Shown piece by piece: positions 17,524 through 28,406 of a stretch of 42,602 bases of DNA. The notes beneath the pieces were generated by a model. That model was not told the origin of the DNA and ran no database searches. It saw only the letters and a program-made list of their open reading frames with translations. Both the position numbers and the translations under genes were made by a program. Numbering within the stretch: position 1 is the first letter of the stretch; each line of letters opens with the position of its first letter. Source of the DNA: an uncultured archaeon (GTDB taxonomy: Archaea; Iainarchaeota; Iainarchaeia; Iainarchaeales; JAAZKV01); NCBI GenBank assembly GCA_964590155.1, contig CAZPWC010000003.1, positions 19,402-62,003 of the forward strand, read 5' to 3'.

Positions 17524-17554
17524 CCTAAAGAACCTTTTTAAATGTTCTTTTAGG
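17524..17554 (-). promoter_or_regulatory. Internal promoter for eL30-nusA-uS12, with the TATA box inside an inverted repeat
   Basis: Minus strand CATTTAAAAAGGTTCTTTAG; flanking arms CCTAAAGAAC / GTTCTTTTAGG. Confidence 0.45.
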
Positions 17555-17565
17555 GCGGATAATTT

Positions 17566-18945
<1,380 letters not shown>

Positions 18946-18959
18946 TTAAAAAATTTTAT

Positions 18960-21581
18960 TCATATTGTTTTGTTATCCTTCATTTTTTTGTACTCCGCAA
19001 CTACATCAACGCTTATTCCGCGTTTAGTGTTTTTCGGGAACACACCGTCTTCTCCGTATTGGTATTGTATTAGTGTGTTTGCGGCTGTTCTTACTGTTCC
19101 GTCAGGAGCTGCAACCAAGTCCTTTAGCGAGTTTGCTAGTCTTCTGTATAAGTAACCTGATACTTTTGTTGAAACACCAGTATCAACTTCTCCCTGTCTT
19201 CCACCCATTGAGTGGTAAAAGAATTCCTTTGAAGTCATTCCGTCAATAAAGTTGTTTCTAATGAATCCTCCGGCAATTAACCCAATGTCTCCTCTTTCAT
19301 TTGAGGTTATTAGTCTTCCGTTGAATCCTTTTTTCGGTCTTCCTTCTCTTACCGAAGCCTGACCCCAAAATCCTGCAATATTCATTAAGTTAGTAGTGCT
19401 TCCTCTTGATTTTGCTAAAATCATGGCGATTGTGTTTAGGATAGGTTCTTCTCCAATAACGTAAGATAATTTTTCATTCATTATTGCTTTTTCTACTTTG
19501 TCTTTTGCTTCAGCAGCAAGTCTAACCATATATATTTCAAAAGATTCGCTACTTGTTCTTCCTGGAATAATTTCCATTGAGCCTTTTTTGTATGACTCAA
19601 CAAGAGCTTCTCCTTTTTTCAGCGCATCAGCAATTGATTTCTTTTTTAGCTCTTCAATTTCTTCGCTAACTTCAAATTCAGCTAAAGAAGCAGTCATTCC
19701 TTTTTTTGTTAAAATGAATGCTGTCAATCTGTTCAATCCGTGATAAAATTTTTCTATTTCTTCTCCAGGATATTCTCTTGCTAGCATGTCAACAAGAACT
19801 CCTTTTCCTTCACTTAGTGCAGCAGAATCAATTACTCCGCTCACAATGTTTCCGTTAACAACTTTTACTTTTTCCATGTAAAGTTTTACTATGTCGCTGT
19901 GTTCAGCTGTTAACCCTGCTTGTTTGAATATTTTTGAAGTGTATGATTCAAACTCTACATTCAAATTTTTTGGCAGGATTTGTGAAAAAATTAATTTTCC
20001 TGAATATTTCTTTCCTCTATCAGGTTTTGGCAGATCGTTTACCCCTATTTCGTACATTAATTGCATTGCTTGTTCTTTTGTAAATTCAGTTTGAGGCATT
20101 GTTAATGCAAAAGCTCCTGAAACACCATCTTCTTTTGGTGCAATAACTGGGGCTCCAAACCTTGGAGAAATTATTTGATCTCTTACTAACATTAATTTTT
20201 TTGCCTCTGCTTTTCCTTCTTCTGTTTGAGGGATGTGACAGTTCATTTCATCTCCATCAAAGTCTGCGTTATAAGGTCCGCAAACAATAGGGTTAATTCG
20301 GAAAACTTTTCCAGGCATTATTCTTGCGTAGTGGGCCATCATACTCATTCTGTGTAGTGAGGGCTGTCTGTTGAATAAAACAATATCTCCGTCTTGGATA
20401 TTTCTTTCCACTCTATAACCAATATCAAGTTCTTTCATTATTTCTTCTCTGTTTTCTTCGCTAACTTTTCTTCTAGTTCCGTTAGGTCTAATTATGTAAA
20501 CAGGTTTATCGCTTTTTTCTATAAGTTTTTTTACTGTTTCAAGGTTCCATTCAGTAACAAATTCAGGAACAGTTAGTTCTTTTGCCGCTTCTTGGGGAAC
20601 ACCAAGTTCAGAAATTCCAATATATGGGTCAGGAACAATGATTGAACGTGCAGCGTGATTAACTCTTTTTCCAGTTAAGTTGTATCGGAATCTTCCCTTC
20701 TTTCCTTTCAACCTTTGTATGATTGTTCTTAGAGGTCTTCCACTTCTGTGCTTTGCAGGAGGAACGCCGGCAGTATTATTATCAAAATAAGTTGTTACGT
20801 GGTATTGCAATAAATCCCACAAATCTTCAATAATTAATTGGGGAGCACCAGCTTCGATATTATCTTTTAATCTTTGATTAATTCTAATTATGTCCACCAA
20901 TTTGTGTGTTAAATCATCTTCTGATTTTATCCCGTTCTCAAGTGTAATACTTGGTCTTATTGTTATTGGAGGAACTTGTAAAACAGTCATTACAAACCAT
21001 TCTGGTTTGATTCTTTCAGTGTCATATCCTACTAATTTTAAGTGGTCTTGAGGTATTTTTTCAACCCATTCTCTTATTTGTGTTGGATATATTCTTTCTT
21101 TGTTGTAAAAGAAGTTTGTTGGTTTGTCAAGAACAGTTTTTCCAAGGAGAACATTACAATGAGGGCACTTTTTCATAGTTTTTGTTTTTAGTAATAGTTT
21201 TTTTGATTTGTCAACAACTTTTCCTCTTGTTTCGTCTTGTAATTTTTTTATTTGTTCTTCAGCAATTAGTAACTTTCCGCAATCTTTGCATGTAAGATTC
21301 ATTATTAACTCTAATTTTTTTCCAAATTCTGAGTGCACAACAGGTCTTTCTAGTTCTATGTGTCCGAAGTGTCCTGGGCAAGTTCTCATTCCTTGTCCGC
21401 AAGTTTTACATTTTATTCCTGGATTAATTACTCCTAAGTGAGAATCCATTAATCCTGATTCCATTGGGAAGCCGTCTTTATCATAAGTTTCAGGGGTCTT
21501 GATTTCTATTCCGCTTATTTTTCGAATCATTTCAGGACTCAAAATGCTGAAATCAACACTGCCAATTTTTTTCATTATCAT
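18960..21581 (-). CDS. rpoA1: RNA polymerase subunit A' (Rpo1N)
   Basis: CKTC..CPGHFGH Zn site, catalytic YNADFDGDEMN, bridge helix SGYLYRRL. Confidence 0.99.
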   Translation of the reverse strand: MIMKKIGSVDFSILSPEMIRKISGIEIKTPETYDKDGFPMESGLMDSHLGVINPGIKCKTCGQGMRTCPGHFGHIELERPVVHSEFGKKLELIMNLTCKDCGKLLIAEEQIKKLQDETRGKVVDKSKKLLLKTKTMKKCPHCNVLLGKTVLDKPTNFFYNKERIYPTQIREWVEKIPQDHLKLVGYDTERIKPEWFVMTVLQVPPITIRPSITLENGIKSEDDLTHKLVDIIRINQRLKDNIEAGAPQLIIEDLWDLLQYHVTTYFDNNTAGVPPAKHRSGRPLRTIIQRLKGKKGRFRYNLTGKRVNHAARSIIVPDPYIGISELGVPQEAAKELTVPEFVTEWNLETVKKLIEKSDKPVYIIRPNGTRRKVSEENREEIMKELDIGYRVERNIQDGDIVLFNRQPSLHRMSMMAHYARIMPGKVFRINPIVCGPYNADFDGDEMNCHIPQTEEGKAEAKKLMLVRDQIISPRFGAPVIAPKEDGVSGAFALTMPQTEFTKEQAMQLMYEIGVNDLPKPDRGKKYSGKLIFSQILPKNLNVEFESYTSKIFKQAGLTAEHSDIVKLYMEKVKVVNGNIVSGVIDSAALSEGKGVLVDMLAREYPGEEIEKFYHGLNRLTAFILTKKGMTASLAEFEVSEEIEELKKKSIADALKKGEALVESYKKGSMEIIPGRTSSESFEIYMVRLAAEAKDKVEKAIMNEKLSYVIGEEPILNTIAMILAKSRGSTTNLMNIAGFWGQASVREGRPKKGFNGRLITSNERGDIGLIAGGFIRNNFIDGMTSKEFFYHSMGGRQGEVDTGVSTKVSGYLYRRLANSLKDLVAAPDGTVRTAANTLIQYQYGEDGVFPKNTKRGISVDVVAEYKKMKDNKTI

Positions 21582-21648
21582 TCTTGACCACCCTAGTTAA
21601 TTATTTTTCCTTTTTGCTTCCCCTAAAATTAATTCTTTCATTATCTCC

Positions 21649-23463
21649 CTAAACCTTATCCGCCAAGTTTAGTTTTGACATTATCCCTAGTGCTTTTAAC
21701 TCATCTAAAAGCAATTTGAATCCGTAAGACATTTCAACTGGATAAACTGCTGCGCTTTTGCATAATGGGCAATAGCGTTTGTGTCTTATTTCATCATTGA
21801 TTGCTATTACTCCGCACTTTTCGCAAACAAGTTCAACTGTTTTGTCTGAATCTTCAATCATTTTTTCGTGCAGTAGCATTGCTGCTCCGTGTCCAACTAA
21901 AGTTTCGCCTTCCATCTCTCCGAACCTTAGTCCTCCTTCTTTTTCTTTTCCTTCTGTTGGTTGCCTTGTCAACACTTGTACCGGCCCGCGTGCTCTTGCT
22001 TGTAACTTGTGTGATACAACGTGGTACAACTTTTGTGTAGCAATTACTCCTGTAAAAATACTTCCTTGGATTCTTTCTCCTGTTATACCATCATAAAATA
22101 TTTCCATTCCGTCCGCTCGAAATCCTGCTTTTCTCAACATTTCTTCAAGGTCTTCTCTTTTTACATTATTAAATGGAGTTCCATCCATTGCTTTTCCTGT
22201 AGCTGCGCCTACTTTTCCTGCAAGCATCTCAAGTAAGTGTCCCATAGTCATTCTTGAAGGGATAGAGTGCGGGTTAATTATCAAATCAGGTTTTATTCCG
22301 TCAATAGTAAAAGGCATATCTTCTTCAGCTACTATTGCTGATACTATTCCTTTTTGTCCGTGCTTTGAAGCAATTTTGTCTCCAACAGCTGGTCTTAGAG
22401 TTGTTCTAACTTTTATTTTAACAAGTCTACTTCCGTCGTCTCCTTCAGTCATCATTACTGTGTCAACGTAACCTGGTTTTCCTTTTCTTACAGTTATAGA
22501 AGAATCTCTTCTTTTTTCTTCATCAACACCAAAATCACTCATATCTTCAAAAAATCTTGGGGGAGAGGTTCTTCCAATAATAGCTTCTCCTTCAGCAACA
22601 GTTTCTTCTAATCTAATAAATCCATCGTCACCTAATTTTTTGAAGTTTTCTTCTTGAACGTAACCAACTTTTTCTTCTGTAGGAACTTCAAATTTGTCTC
22701 TTTGTCCTCCAGGGTATCTTTGTTCAATAGCTTCATAATTTCTAAAATAACAAGCTCTTGCTAAGCCTCTATCAATAGCTCCTTTGTTTAAAATAATTGC
22801 ATCCATAGTGTTGAAACCATAAAAAGGCATTACGGCCATTACAAAGTTTTGACTTTGTGGGCGTTCGTCTAATCCTAATAAATCCATTGTTTTTGTTCTA
22901 ACAATTGGTTTTTCAGGGTAGTATAACAAATAACCTTCAGTATCGTGTCTTATTTTGTAATTAATTGAGCCTATTCCTAAAGCTTGTTTAAACATTTTTG
23001 CTCCATGTAGAGACTTTCCTGCCATGTTGTGTTCAACATAAGGAATTAAACTACTAATTGCTCCCAAAATTGCGGAACCATTAATTTCTAAGTGTGTGTG
23101 TTCTTTTGTTATATCTTCTTCATTTATTGCAACTAATGCATTTTCTTCTTCTTCAGCATCTAAATATTCAACTACTCCAGTGTCAAGTAATTGTTTGAAA
23201 GTTAATTTTCCTTCTTTTACTTGTTTTAATATTTCAGGAGTGTAAGCGCTTTTTCCGTTCTTTACAACAATTAATGGTCTTTGTACTCTTCCTGCATCAG
23301 TGTTAACATAAACTTCGTTTGTGTCTTTGTGGAAAGCAATGTTAGCTTCTTTTTGTATTTTTCCTTGTCTCCTTGAATCAATTAACTTTTCAGTTAACCC
23401 TTCAGGATCGTCGTGAAACCCTACAAGTCTTCCATTAACATATATCTTTGCTACTGATGCCAT
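21649..23463 (-). CDS. rpoB1: RNA polymerase subunit B' (Rpo2 C-terminal part)
   Basis: GDKIASKHGQKG, PSRMTMG, RQPTEGK..GGLRFGEME, CEKC..CPLC. Confidence 0.98.
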   Translation of the reverse strand: MASVAKIYVNGRLVGFHDDPEGLTEKLIDSRRQGKIQKEANIAFHKDTNEVYVNTDAGRVQRPLIVVKNGKSAYTPEILKQVKEGKLTFKQLLDTGVVEYLDAEEEENALVAINEEDITKEHTHLEINGSAILGAISSLIPYVEHNMAGKSLHGAKMFKQALGIGSINYKIRHDTEGYLLYYPEKPIVRTKTMDLLGLDERPQSQNFVMAVMPFYGFNTMDAIILNKGAIDRGLARACYFRNYEAIEQRYPGGQRDKFEVPTEEKVGYVQEENFKKLGDDGFIRLEETVAEGEAIIGRTSPPRFFEDMSDFGVDEEKRRDSSITVRKGKPGYVDTVMMTEGDDGSRLVKIKVRTTLRPAVGDKIASKHGQKGIVSAIVAEEDMPFTIDGIKPDLIINPHSIPSRMTMGHLLEMLAGKVGAATGKAMDGTPFNNVKREDLEEMLRKAGFRADGMEIFYDGITGERIQGSIFTGVIATQKLYHVVSHKLQARARGPVQVLTRQPTEGKEKEGGLRFGEMEGETLVGHGAAMLLHEKMIEDSDKTVELVCEKCGVIAINDEIRHKRYCPLCKSAAVYPVEMSYGFKLLLDELKALGIMSKLNLADKV

Positions 23464-23523
23464 CCAACCACACTCACAAAATTAATTCCCATATCTTTTA
23501 GCTAATTTTTTTTATCATCCAAT

Positions 23524-24987
23524 TTATAATTTCTTCAACTTAACTCCTTGTTTGTGTAATAAATCTTCTATTGGCCCTTCAGGAGAATCATTTGTTACTT
23601 CAGCCATGAAGCACAAATTTTTTACAAGTCCACATTGTGGTCCATCAGGTGTTTCAATTGGGTCAAGTCTTCCCCAGTGTGTTCCATGAACATCACGTGC
23701 TTCGTAAAGTTCTCTTGTTTTTGATAATTGTGATTTTACTTTTCGTAAATCAGCTAGTGGTGCTAAATAATTTACTCTGTCCATGAATTTTGCAACACCA
23801 GTGCTTCTTCCAATCCAATTTCCTGTGCTCATAGCGAATTTTATTCTTTCACTAACCGCTCCAGGTCTTACAATTGTTGAAATATTTAATTTTCTTCTTC
23901 TTGTAACAGTTCTGTCAATTTGGAATCTTAAATCTTTTACAAAGTACTTGAATGAATATCTAAACAAGTGTTCCATTAATTTTCCTGACAATTCAAGTCT
24001 TTTGTTTACGTAATTATCCTTATCATCTTTTCCTCTTAATTTGTAGTGTCTTTCAATAGCTTTAGTAGCCATCATTGCTAAGTAGTAAGCTTTAGCTAAT
24101 CTTGCTGGCTCGTCTTGTCCAATGTGTGGCAATAAGAAACCATCAATAACTTCTCTTGATCTTCGAAGTCTATAATCAATAACTTGTCCTGGCGCAACAA
24201 ATTTCCCTATCTTATCCAGTGCTTCTTGTTCATTACTAACATCGCATTCTTCCCAATTAAGCAATAAATCATTGTAAACTTCTTTTTCATCAGTAAATGC
24301 GTCAAATATTTCTCTTTTTGTTTTTAATCCTAAAGCTTTAAACAATCCGAACAAACTTAATTTTTTTGGACTTGTTGGGAATGAAATAAATAATTGTCCT
24401 TCAGGAGAGCGTAGTACTCTTACTCTTCCTTTGAAAGCTCCTCTTGTTGATATTACTTCAGCAACAACTCCTTTTTCTCCTTCAGAAATAAGTACTCTAT
24501 CAGAAGAAAGAACTTCTTGAGTCATCAAAGCTTTTTCCGAACCGTTAATTATAAAATATCCGCCAAAATCTTTTGGATCCTCTTCCATTTCAACTAATTC
24601 TTCAGGGGTTTTGTCCTGCAACCAGCACAATTGTGACTTTATCATTACAGGTAAGTCTCCGATAAAAGTTCTTCGAGCGTCTTGTTCAACATCTCTACGA
24701 AATAATCTCATAGTTAAATAAATAGGGCCTGAGTAAGTTCTGTTTCTTAATCTTGCTTCCATAGGAGTAAAAACATCTCTTGGAGAGCCATCAGCTTCAA
24801 TAATTTTTGGTTTATCAACTTCAATATCGGATAATTCAATTCTAACTTCTTCGATTTTTGGAACAATTTCAGAATTTTCTTTAACAATTTCTTGTAACTT
24901 AGTGTCTAAAAATTGGTTAAAAGAATCAATTTCCATTTGTGCGACATTTCTGTTTTTAAAATAAGCTTCAATCAATTCCCAAGACAT
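23524..24987 (-). CDS. rpoB2: RNA polymerase subunit B'' (Rpo2 N-terminal part)
   Basis: PMEARLRNRTY, GGYFIINGSEK, HWGRLDPIETPDG..CGLVKNL. Start at ATG 24987. Confidence 0.98.
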   Translation of the reverse strand: MSWELIEAYFKNRNVAQMEIDSFNQFLDTKLQEIVKENSEIVPKIEEVRIELSDIEVDKPKIIEADGSPRDVFTPMEARLRNRTYSGPIYLTMRLFRRDVEQDARRTFIGDLPVMIKSQLCWLQDKTPEELVEMEEDPKDFGGYFIINGSEKALMTQEVLSSDRVLISEGEKGVVAEVISTRGAFKGRVRVLRSPEGQLFISFPTSPKKLSLFGLFKALGLKTKREIFDAFTDEKEVYNDLLLNWEECDVSNEQEALDKIGKFVAPGQVIDYRLRRSREVIDGFLLPHIGQDEPARLAKAYYLAMMATKAIERHYKLRGKDDKDNYVNKRLELSGKLMEHLFRYSFKYFVKDLRFQIDRTVTRRRKLNISTIVRPGAVSERIKFAMSTGNWIGRSTGVAKFMDRVNYLAPLADLRKVKSQLSKTRELYEARDVHGTHWGRLDPIETPDGPQCGLVKNLCFMAEVTNDSPEGPIEDLLHKQGVKLKKL

Positions 24988-25013
24988 CAAGACACCGCCC
25001 AAACTTTTGCGCT

Positions 25014-25271
25014 TTACTGTACTACTCTTCTGTAATAAATTGCTTGCCCAGCCGTGTTAGAATCGCGGATTATTTTTACAATATCGCCTTTTTCTGGTTT
25101 TAGTAATTTAATTGCAGGATCGAGTTTTGAAATTTTTGGCAAAGAATCTTTTTTAATTCCAAGTTCAGCCATTAATTCATCGACTTTTTCCTTTCGGATT
25201 AATACATGTTCAGGGACCAAATAATGTCGTGTTTCGACAACTTGATTTTCTTGAACCTTTTCAGCCAACAA
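25014..25271 (-). CDS. rpoH: RNA polymerase subunit H (Rpo5)
   Basis: HYLVPEH, LPKI..DPAI, GDIVKIIRDS.TAG..YYRRV. Confidence 0.97.
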   Translation of the reverse strand: MLAEKVQENQVVETRHYLVPEHVLIRKEKVDELMAELGIKKDSLPKISKLDPAIKLLKPEKGDIVKIIRDSNTAGQAIYYRRVVQ

Positions 25272-25466
25272 ACCACCCTACAAAACTTGATACACCAGGC
25301 AATATCTCGTGAAAAAGGCAAACGCGAATAGCTATCTAACGATTTTTTTCAAAAAATCAATTAAACAACCAAAAAAACGCTTACCAAAACACACTTTGAA
25401 CTAGCCAAACCTTAATTTGGCGTGTCCATTCTAACGGCTAAACAACCGCGCTTAAAGAAAAATACC

Positions 25467-25485
25467 CTAAGAAACCTTTAAAAAC
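25467..25485 (-). promoter_or_regulatory. TATA-box promoter of the RNA polymerase operon
   Basis: Minus strand reads GTTTTTAAAGGTTTCTTAG, about 200 nt upstream of rpoH. Confidence 0.5.
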
Positions 25486-25576
25486 TTTGATGTTTGAACC
25501 AGTTTTGGCACGCGCCCAATAAAAGATGAATTTTGTATAAATTTTGCTTTTTTATCTTAACTGCTTCAATTATTCA

Positions 25577-25623
25577 TGCCCAGCCCACTGGGCGCATGGG
25601 AGTCAATTGCTCCACAATTGACT
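25577..25623. repeat. Dispersed palindrome variant plus a second hairpin
   Basis: TGCCCAG-CCCA-CTGGGC followed by AGTCAATTG-CTCCA-CAATTGACT. Confidence 0.55.
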
Positions 25624-25635
25624 TGACTTAATTTT

Positions 25636-26064
25636 TTATCTCAATTGTTTTAATTGCTCGTAGTAATTTTGTTGGATTTGTTTTATTGGTTTTCTTTGTT
25701 TTGCGGTTTCAGTCATTTCGTGCCAGAAAGAAATGTTTAGTTCTCCGCGTTTCCAACACAAGAAAATATCTTTGTCTTTTAATTTATAATAAAAATCCAC
25801 TTCAAAGTCATCAATATTTCTAACAATGCATCCTTCTTGAACTATTTCTGTTATTAGTGAAAACATTTCAAGATTTTTCTCGTGAAAGTTTTTGCTTAAT
25901 TGAACTTCAAGCAATAAGTTTTCCATGTTTGCATTATCAAAAAATATTTTTGTATTATCCAGAATGAGAATTTCTTCTCTTAGTTGCGCGACTCTTTCGA
26001 TTTTCTTTTTTAATTTTGTCACCATTGATTCGGCTTCTTGAAGAGAAAAATAAACCTTTGACAT
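25636..26064 (-). CDS. DUF2203-family protein
   Basis: YFSLQEAE start, GCIVRNID..VDF, FLCWKRGE..I.FWH, RKPI. Confidence 0.85.
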   Translation of the reverse strand: MSKVYFSLQEAESMVTKLKKKIERVAQLREEILILDNTKIFFDNANMENLLLEVQLSKNFHEKNLEMFSLITEIVQEGCIVRNIDDFEVDFYYKLKDKDIFLCWKRGELNISFWHEMTETAKQRKPIKQIQQNYYEQLKQLR

Positions 26065-26148
26065 GACTATGTTTAGTAAAAAACATTTATAAATGTCAAT
26101 TTTGCTTCAAAGTAACAAATATAATAACTAATCACGCGATTATTCTTT

Positions 26149-27390
26149 ATGGTGTACAAAAAATCCTCAAAAAAACCTGAGCTTCTTTCAGGGGTTGGGG
26201 ATTTTTCTTGCGCGATTGCCGCGGTAAAAAATGGGGCTGATGCAGTTTATTTCGGCGTTAAAGGATACAACATGCGCGATCTTGGAACTAATTTTACTGA
26301 AAAAGAATTGCCCAAATTAATGAAATATTTGCACGGGGCAAATCCTGAAAAGAGAAAAGTAAAAGGATATCTTGCTCTTAACACAATTATTTTTGAAGAA
26401 GAACTTTTACGCGTAGAAAAAATAATTAAATCTGCGAAAAAAGCGAAAGTTGATGCAATTATTTTATCTGACTTAGCTGTTTTGGCTTTGGCAAAGAAAT
26501 ACAAAATTGAAGCGCATCTTTCAACACAAGCTTCTGTTAGTAATTCTCTTTCTCTTAAACATTATGCAAAACTTGGTGTTAGGAGAATTGTTCTTGCGCG
26601 TGAACTTAATTTAGAGCAGATAAAAAAAATAGTTTCAAAAGCACGTGTATTGAAAATAAAGATTGAGTGCTTTGTTCATGGAGCAATGTGCATTTCTGTT
26701 TCGGGTCGATGCTTTTTGAGTCATGAAGCTTTTGGGCGAAGCGCGAACAGAGGAGAATGCTTACAGCCCTGCAGAAGAGCTTTTTTCCTTGACGGAAGCG
26801 CTCCTGATTTTGAAAAAAAAGAAGTTTACTTGCAGGGAGATACAATTCTTTCTGCAAAAGATATGAAAACAATTTCTTTCGTTGATGAACTAATTAAAGC
26901 AGGAATTGATTCTTTTAAAATTGAGGGTCGAACAAAACCTAGTGATTATGTTGCCACAACAACAAAGTGTTATCGTGAAGCGATTGATTCTGTTTTTGAT
27001 AAAACTTTTTCTCAAGAAAAAGTTGCGCAGTGGAATTTAGAGTTAGAAAAAGTATACAATAGGGGTTTTTCGGAAGGGTTTTACTTTTCTAAACCTGCTG
27101 GAAAAGATTTGGCAAAAGGGCAGGGGAGTTTTCAGAAACAAAAAAGAGTGAATGTTGGGGTCGTAACAAAGTATTATGTTAAAGTTGGTGTTGCTGAAAT
27201 AAAATTATTTGCTCCAATTAAATTAGGTGATAAATTATTGTTTGAAGGGGAAACAACTTTTTTAGAACAAACAAATGAATCAATGCAAGTAAACCTCAAA
27301 CCAATACTTTTAGCAAAACAAGGGGATCACGTTGGTGTACTAGTTTCCCAAAGAGTTCGCCCAAATGATAAAGTATTCAAACTAATTTAA
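26149..27390 (+). CDS. Peptidase U32 family Fe-S protein (TrhP/RlhA-like O2-independent hydroxylase)
   Basis: PELL, GADAVYFG, HLSTQ, VLAREL, ECFVHGAMCISVSGRC..NRGECLQPCRR, KIEGR, YNRGF, C-terminal U32 beta-barrel. Confidence 0.92.
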   Translation: MVYKKSSKKPELLSGVGDFSCAIAAVKNGADAVYFGVKGYNMRDLGTNFTEKELPKLMKYLHGANPEKRKVKGYLALNTIIFEEELLRVEKIIKSAKKAKVDAIILSDLAVLALAKKYKIEAHLSTQASVSNSLSLKHYAKLGVRRIVLARELNLEQIKKIVSKARVLKIKIECFVHGAMCISVSGRCFLSHEAFGRSANRGECLQPCRRAFFLDGSAPDFEKKEVYLQGDTILSAKDMKTISFVDELIKAGIDSFKIEGRTKPSDYVATTTKCYREAIDSVFDKTFSQEKVAQWNLELEKVYNRGFSEGFYFSKPAGKDLAKGQGSFQKQKRVNVGVVTKYYVKVGVAEIKLFAPIKLGDKLLFEGETTFLEQTNESMQVNLKPILLAKQGDHVGVLVSQRVRPNDKVFKLI

Positions 27391-27452
27391 GGCAAAATAG
27401 CAATTCTCTCAAATAGCCAATAATAAATACTACTTCGCTTTTACTTCTATTA

Positions 27453-28373
27453 ATGGATACTTCAGTTTCTTTTGGGTTGCCCTCGTTTTTCGGGTTTGCT
27501 TATTCCGTTGACCAAGTTAAAGTCCTGAATTTACTTAAAGAAGCAAAAAAGCAAAAAGGCGCTAAAGTTATTTTAATGGTAGCCCCTTCTTTTGTTGTTG
27601 ATTTTGATTACAAAAAATTTGTTCCAAAAATGCATGGATTAGGTTTTGACTTAGTAACAGAACTAACTTTTGGCGCTAAAATAGTTAATCAAAATTACTA
27701 TAAATATATTAAAGGAAAAAAGAAGTTGCAGGCAAAATTTATTTCTTCTGTTTGTCCTTCAAGCGTACTACTTGTAAAGAATCGTTATTCGGAACTAACT
27801 CAGTTTTTGATGCCCTTTGATAGCCCAATGATAGCTATGGCAAAAGTTTTGAAGAAGAATCATCCAAAACACAAAATTGTTTTTGCATCTCCTTGTTCTG
27901 CAAAAAAAATGGAAGCAAAAAACTTTAATGAGAAAAGTAAAAAAGTACTAATTGACGCAGTTATTACTTTTTCTGAACTAAAACAAATTGTTGCAAAAGA
28001 AAAACCTTCTTTGAAAGGGTCCAATACATTTGATTCTTTCTATAATGAATATACAAAAATTTATCCTTTAAGCGGGGGATTGTCAGCTACTTTGCACGCA
28101 AAAGATATTTTGCTAAGGGATGAATTGGTTTCTTGTGATGGTTGCCAAAATCTTCAATTGCTTTTTGATAAACACTCAGATAAGGTTTTTTATGATATTT
28201 TATTTTGCCCAGGGGGCTGTATTGGCGGAAATGGAATTGCATCAAAAATGCCTACCTTTTGGAAAAGGAAAAGAGTTCTTAGTTACAGAAAAGCAGCTTC
28301 TCGTATAAAAGAAGGCCAAAAAGTGGGTTTGGGCAAATATACCAAAGGAATTGACTTTAGTGCTGAATTTTAA
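27453..28373 (+). CDS. Minimal [FeFe]-hydrogenase-like protein (H-cluster domain only)
   Basis: VAPS, L1 ISSVCP, SPM, L2 SPCSAKKMEA, L3 DILFCPGGCIGGNG; no N-terminal ferredoxin domain; 306 aa. Confidence 0.85.
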   Translation: MDTSVSFGLPSFFGFAYSVDQVKVLNLLKEAKKQKGAKVILMVAPSFVVDFDYKKFVPKMHGLGFDLVTELTFGAKIVNQNYYKYIKGKKKLQAKFISSVCPSSVLLVKNRYSELTQFLMPFDSPMIAMAKVLKKNHPKHKIVFASPCSAKKMEAKNFNEKSKKVLIDAVITFSELKQIVAKEKPSLKGSNTFDSFYNEYTKIYPLSGGLSATLHAKDILLRDELVSCDGCQNLQLLFDKHSDKVFYDILFCPGGCIGGNGIASKMPTFWKRKRVLSYRKAASRIKEGQKVGLGKYTKGIDFSAEF

Positions 28374-28406
28374 TTCTTTTTATTAAGACACTTATTTAGT
28401 GATTGA

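Noticed and set aside
21649-24987. Split rpoB as a frameshift or pseudogene
   Set aside because: The B''/B' split is a known arrangement in several archaeal lineages; B' has its own SD and start.
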